Below, one piece after another: positions 47,173-50,666 of a stretch of DNA of 50,666 nucleotides. This DNA comes from a virus (Duplodnaviria > Caudoviricetes). The notes under the pieces are model-generated. The model did not search any database. It was not told where the DNA came from and saw nothing but the letters and a program-made list of their open reading frames with translations. The stretch is taken from positions 1-50,666 of the IMG/VR virus record IMGVR_UViG_3300020472_000040. The stretch is one strand, 5' to 3'. The first letter of the stretch is position 1. Each line of letters opens with the position of its first letter. The translations under genes and the position numbers were made by a program.

Positions 47173-49149
47173 ATGGCTTGGGATAAAGGTGATTGGTTAA
47201 ATTTAGCAGGAGCGTTTGCAAGAGATGACCAACTTAATAAAGCAGAGAAAATTAAAGAGCGTGGTGAACAACTAGCAGAATTAAATAAGTTATATATGGC
47301 TATCGCTACTCAAAAATATGCTACTGATGAAGCAATATATAAAAAAAATGAAGAAGCATGGTTAGCTAGAGATGTTAAATTAAAAGCTATAGGGCCTTCA
47401 TCTTCAAAAACAAATATAGCAGAACAATTAGCATCAATTGATGGAAAAACTTGGACAAATGAAGAACAAAAAGAAGCTATCATTAGCACTTATATGAATA
47501 ATATAATACCTATAAACTATACTGACGAAGATGATATTCCTGAAGGTAAAAAAGTAGGTGATGTAAAACAATGGAAATTAAGTAGTAACTATAATCCATC
47601 GCCTATTGCTCCACAGTGGGGTAAAGAATACTATGATATGGATATGTACCCAAAGAAAATAGATGAATTAAAAGATTCAACTAGAGGTAAATGGACTACT
47701 TTTCTTAGAGGAAAAAATTGGGATAGTGGGGATGAAGTTCTTGCTAATCTTCAAACTAACTTAGAAGAAGGAAGTAAAAGAAGCAATAAAGAGTTTAGTG
47801 ACTACTATAATGCTGGACAAGAGTATGCATGGGATGCTACTGATGATGATAGTAGCACTAGCTTAAGAAGTGTTGAAGCAGGAACTGAGGGAATAGTTAG
47901 TAGTTACTGGGACGGTGAGCTTATTGATTTAAATAACCCTTTACAATTTCTTGATATGGATAAAAATGAAGTCCAAGAAGAGAATTGGAAAATAATTAAT
48001 GATAGATTTATACAAAGTACAGATGAAAATTCTGGAGCATTTGCTGATAATACACAGAAGGCTCTCTTATCAAGTCTTACTGTTAACGATGTTGAGGTAT
48101 TAGGTAAGTGGGATACCGCAACTGGAAAAATTGACGGGTTAAAACCAGAAGCTGCTTTTCTAGTTAGTAGAGCGGATAGTATACAAAATGATGTTGCAAT
48201 AGCTCTTTATCATAGAGCTGGGTGGATAACTGGTAATACTATTACCAATAGTAGTGGTAAACTTAAAGACAGATTTAATTTTGAAATAGCTAGAAGAGCA
48301 ATAGAAGTAGATACTACAGATAATTGGGATGGTATAGCAGATATTTTCTTTTTAGGTGGTGACCCAATAGCAGGAACTTATTTAATACCTACTAAGGTTT
48401 TACCTTTATGGAAAGACTTACCAGAAGAAGTTAAGCATCTCGACACAGGTGAGTTAACGAATACTCAGGAGTATTTACAAACCGTATTAACTGATATAGT
48501 AAAAGCAAATGGTGAAGGTAAGACAACTATGGGTGCTTTAACTCATATAATAGATGCAGAAGTATTTAAAATATTAAATCAAGATGCTACACAAGAAGAG
48601 ATTAATAATGTAATAAGAAGTACAGTTGTTGTAGATGATGATGGACAAGGATTTACTGAATTAGGTGTACACAGAACATTTGAAGAACTCAAAAATATGA
48701 TTGAAGCGACTGAAGGTAAATTTAAAGATGTAACTATTGATAGTTTATCTGATGATTTAAAGGAGAAATATAAAGAGTGGGAATTAACGCAAAACTCTGA
48801 TGAGGAAATTGTTGAGGAGGAATCACAAGATGTTTCTAAAATGAACTTATCTGAAGCTACGGAAAAAAATTTAATAACAGCTGATTATCTTAATAATTTA
48901 TCTTACGAAGCTCCAGGTGGTGCTCAACAAGAAATGTTTAGAACTGGTGGTAATAATATGATGAGTGTTGGAGACATTATAACTACTAAAGATGGTAAAA
49001 AATATGAGTCATATCATGACACTGTAAAAAATGAATATGGCCGTGATGTAACTACTATTAGATTTAGACCAATCACAGAAGTAAAAGTTCCTACAACAGA
49101 TGAAGAATTTGTTGGTGGAATACAAGATGCTATAAATAATACTCAATAA
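47173..49149 (+). CDS. Putative internal virion (ejection) protein
   Basis: 658 aa acidic ORF before the largest internal protein gene. Confidence 0.65.
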   Translation: MAWDKGDWLNLAGAFARDDQLNKAEKIKERGEQLAELNKLYMAIATQKYATDEAIYKKNEEAWLARDVKLKAIGPSSSKTNIAEQLASIDGKTWTNEEQKEAIISTYMNNIIPINYTDEDDIPEGKKVGDVKQWKLSSNYNPSPIAPQWGKEYYDMDMYPKKIDELKDSTRGKWTTFLRGKNWDSGDEVLANLQTNLEEGSKRSNKEFSDYYNAGQEYAWDATDDDSSTSLRSVEAGTEGIVSSYWDGELIDLNNPLQFLDMDKNEVQEENWKIINDRFIQSTDENSGAFADNTQKALLSSLTVNDVEVLGKWDTATGKIDGLKPEAAFLVSRADSIQNDVAIALYHRAGWITGNTITNSSGKLKDRFNFEIARRAIEVDTTDNWDGIADIFFLGGDPIAGTYLIPTKVLPLWKDLPEEVKHLDTGELTNTQEYLQTVLTDIVKANGEGKTTMGALTHIIDAEVFKILNQDATQEEINNVIRSTVVVDDDGQGFTELGVHRTFEELKNMIEATEGKFKDVTIDSLSDDLKEKYKEWELTQNSDEEIVEEESQDVSKMNLSEATEKNLITADYLNNLSYEAPGGAQQEMFRTGGNNMMSVGDIITTKDGKKYESYHDTVKNEYGRDVTTIRFRPITEVKVPTTDEEFVGGIQDAINNTQ

Positions 49150-49165
49150 TAATAATAATAATAAT

Positions 49166-50666
49166 ATGAATAATTCTAATCTTCCTTTATATTTACAGGA
49201 TGAAGATTCTTCTACAGAATCTATTACTGTTCCTTCTGAAAGTAATTCTAATCTTCCTTTATATTTACAGGATGAAGATTCTTCTATAAAATCTAATAAT
49301 ACTCTTCCTTTATATTTACAGGATGAAGATTCTAAAATTATCCAACCAAATATAGATAAACCTACTAATGCTCAATTAGCTCAATACGGAGCTTCTCTAG
49401 AAACTTATTTAATTGGGGATATGTTAAGGCTAGGAGAAGCTGCTTTTACTTCTAAAACTGCTAAACAAATAGAAAAAGAAAGAATGGAAGCAATTTATGA
49501 AAAGTTTCCTTGGGCTAAAAGTGGGGAGTATGATAACAATGCTTATGTATGGGGTGGTCGTGGTTTAGTTATGGTAAGTGACCCAGTATATTTACTTATG
49601 CCTTGGGCAAGAGCCGCACAAGCAGGACGAGCTTACAAAGGATGGAAAAAATATACAGCAGCTGGTGGAGCTACTGCAGCTTTAGGAGCAGGAGTAGGAG
49701 TAGGAGCTTCTTCAATTCATGTCGGAGCTAAAGAAGGAAGAATGCTTACAAAAGAGGAAGCATTACTTGCAGGAGGAGCAGGTGCAATACTATCTCCTAT
49801 TGCTCTTGGAGTAACTGCTGGTATTTCTAAAGTAGCAGGTAAAGTTGCCCCTAATTTATTTAGTAAAGATAAGATTACTCAAGAAGGTGTAAAAAAATTA
49901 CTAGCAGAAAATCAAATAAAAAGTTTAAATCTTAGTGCTAAACAATTAGCAGATATAAAAAAGATAAGTAATATTCCATCAGTACAAAAATTATTTAGAG
50001 AATTAACAGCTCAAGATAATAATTATATAAAGTATGTTTTACCTAGAGAAAATATTATAAAATTAATTAATAAATTTAAAGGAACAATTACTACTAAAGA
50101 GTATAAAAAAATATATGCTAAATTAAGTCCAGAAGAAAAAAAACTTTTAAGTGGTACTAAAGTAAAAGACTTAAAGGGTAATATAAAAGACTTAAATAAA
50201 TTAAAAATAGAGTATGGTCGTCAAGCACATAAGGCTATTGAAAATCAAGCTAAAGCTGAAAGTAGATATAATCTAGAAATAGTTAAACAAGTTCATGCTA
50301 TTGGAGGTTTAAAATCTCAACTAGGTAGAGCACTTGCATATAACTTTACTAGACCTTTTATAGGTGCGGGTATGGGTGCTGGAGTAGGTACTCTTTATGG
50401 AGAGACTGAAGAAGAATTTTATAGCTACTTGCGTGGAGGATTGGTTCTTGGTTTTATGAGTAGAAGCTTAAGAGCTGGTGCTCTTAAAGGCATTCCTTTA
50501 AAAGAACAACAAGGGTTTGCTAAACTTTTGAGTGGTAACTACATACAAAATCTTTTAAGAAAAATAAACATAGGTTTATCTACTAGTACATCAACAAGAT
50601 TATCTGCTAGAGGTGGTATTGTAGATGAATTTTCTACAATGATGTTCCCTAAATTTGATACAAGTG
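49166..50666 (+). CDS. Large putative internal virion protein (3' truncated; not in ORF track)
   Basis: ATG at 49166, open where I translated it (start and end); N-terminal LPLYLQDEDS x3; Gly/Ala hydrophobic segments. Confidence 0.75.
   Translation, partial: MNNSNLPLYLQDEDSSTESITVPSESNSNLPLYLQDEDSSIKSNNTLPLYLQDEDSKIIQPNIDKPTNAQLAQYGASLETYLIGDMLRLGEAAFTSKTAKQIEKERMEAIYEKFPWAKSGEYDNNAYVWGGRGLVMVSDPVYLLMPWARAAQAGRAYKGWKKYTAAGGATAALGAGVGVGASSIHVGAKEGRMLTKEEALLAGGAGAILSPIALGVTAGISKVAGKVAPNLFSKDKITQEGVKKLLAENQIKSLNLSAKQLADIKKISNIPSVQKLFRELTAQDNNYIKYVLPRENIIKLINKFKGTITTKEYKKIYAKLSPEEKKLLSGTKVKDLKGNIKDLNKLKIEYGRQAHKAIENQAKAESRYNLEIVKQVHAIGGLKSQLGRALAYNFTRPFIGAGMGAGVGTLYGETEEEFYSYLRGGLVLGFMSRSLRAGALKGIPLKEQQGFAKLLSGNYIQNLLRKINIGLSTSTSTRLSARGGIVDEFSTMMFPKFDTS
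49181..49333 (+). repeat. Three identical 30-nt repeats (LPLYLQDEDS)
   Basis: cttcctttatatttacaggatgaagattct at 49181, 49253 and 49304. Confidence 0.92.

Noticed and set aside
49181-49333. CRISPR mini-array (30-nt repeats with spacers)
   Set aside because: Repeats are in frame within a CDS, spacers are unequal (42 and 21 nt), repeats are not palindromic and there is no cas operon

Overview
AT-rich (roughly 30% GC by eye) window covering most or all of a lytic podovirus-type dsDNA phage genome, resembling marine SIO1/RIO-1/cobavirus-like (Zobellviridae-type) phages; the family assignment is inferred from gene content and order. It has two oppositely transcribed arms. The minus-strand arm (~18.5 kb to 2353) carries small early genes, an amidoligase, a class II glutamine amidotransferase, a GH73 and a GH24 muralytic enzyme, SSB, a T7-like primase-helicase, a family A DNA polymerase, an exonuclease, endonuclease I, a B12-dependent class II ribonucleotide reductase and a gamma-glutamylcyclotransferase. 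The plus-strand arm (19143 to the end, apparently continuing at 1-2356) carries terminases, portal, scaffold, capsid, tail tube proteins, tail fibre and adhesin, a Coq4-like protein, internal virion proteins, Hsp20 and a holin. I recognised no phage RNA polymerase, integrase, tRNA or CRISPR; transcription appears to use near-perfect sigma70 promoters. Most notable observations: (1) an HlyC/RTX-type acyltransferase coupled to a Lys-rich amphipathic putative ejection protein, with no RTX toxin present; (2) a shared [FMY]xxGG peptide tag and a KGF[IV] tag in many head/internal proteins; (3) a ROSE-like RNA thermometer on hsp20; (4) an amidoligase/GATase/GGCT set beside two cell-wall hydrolases; (5) apparent genome-wide GATC avoidance. 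All calls rest on motifs read by eye; no database searches were run.
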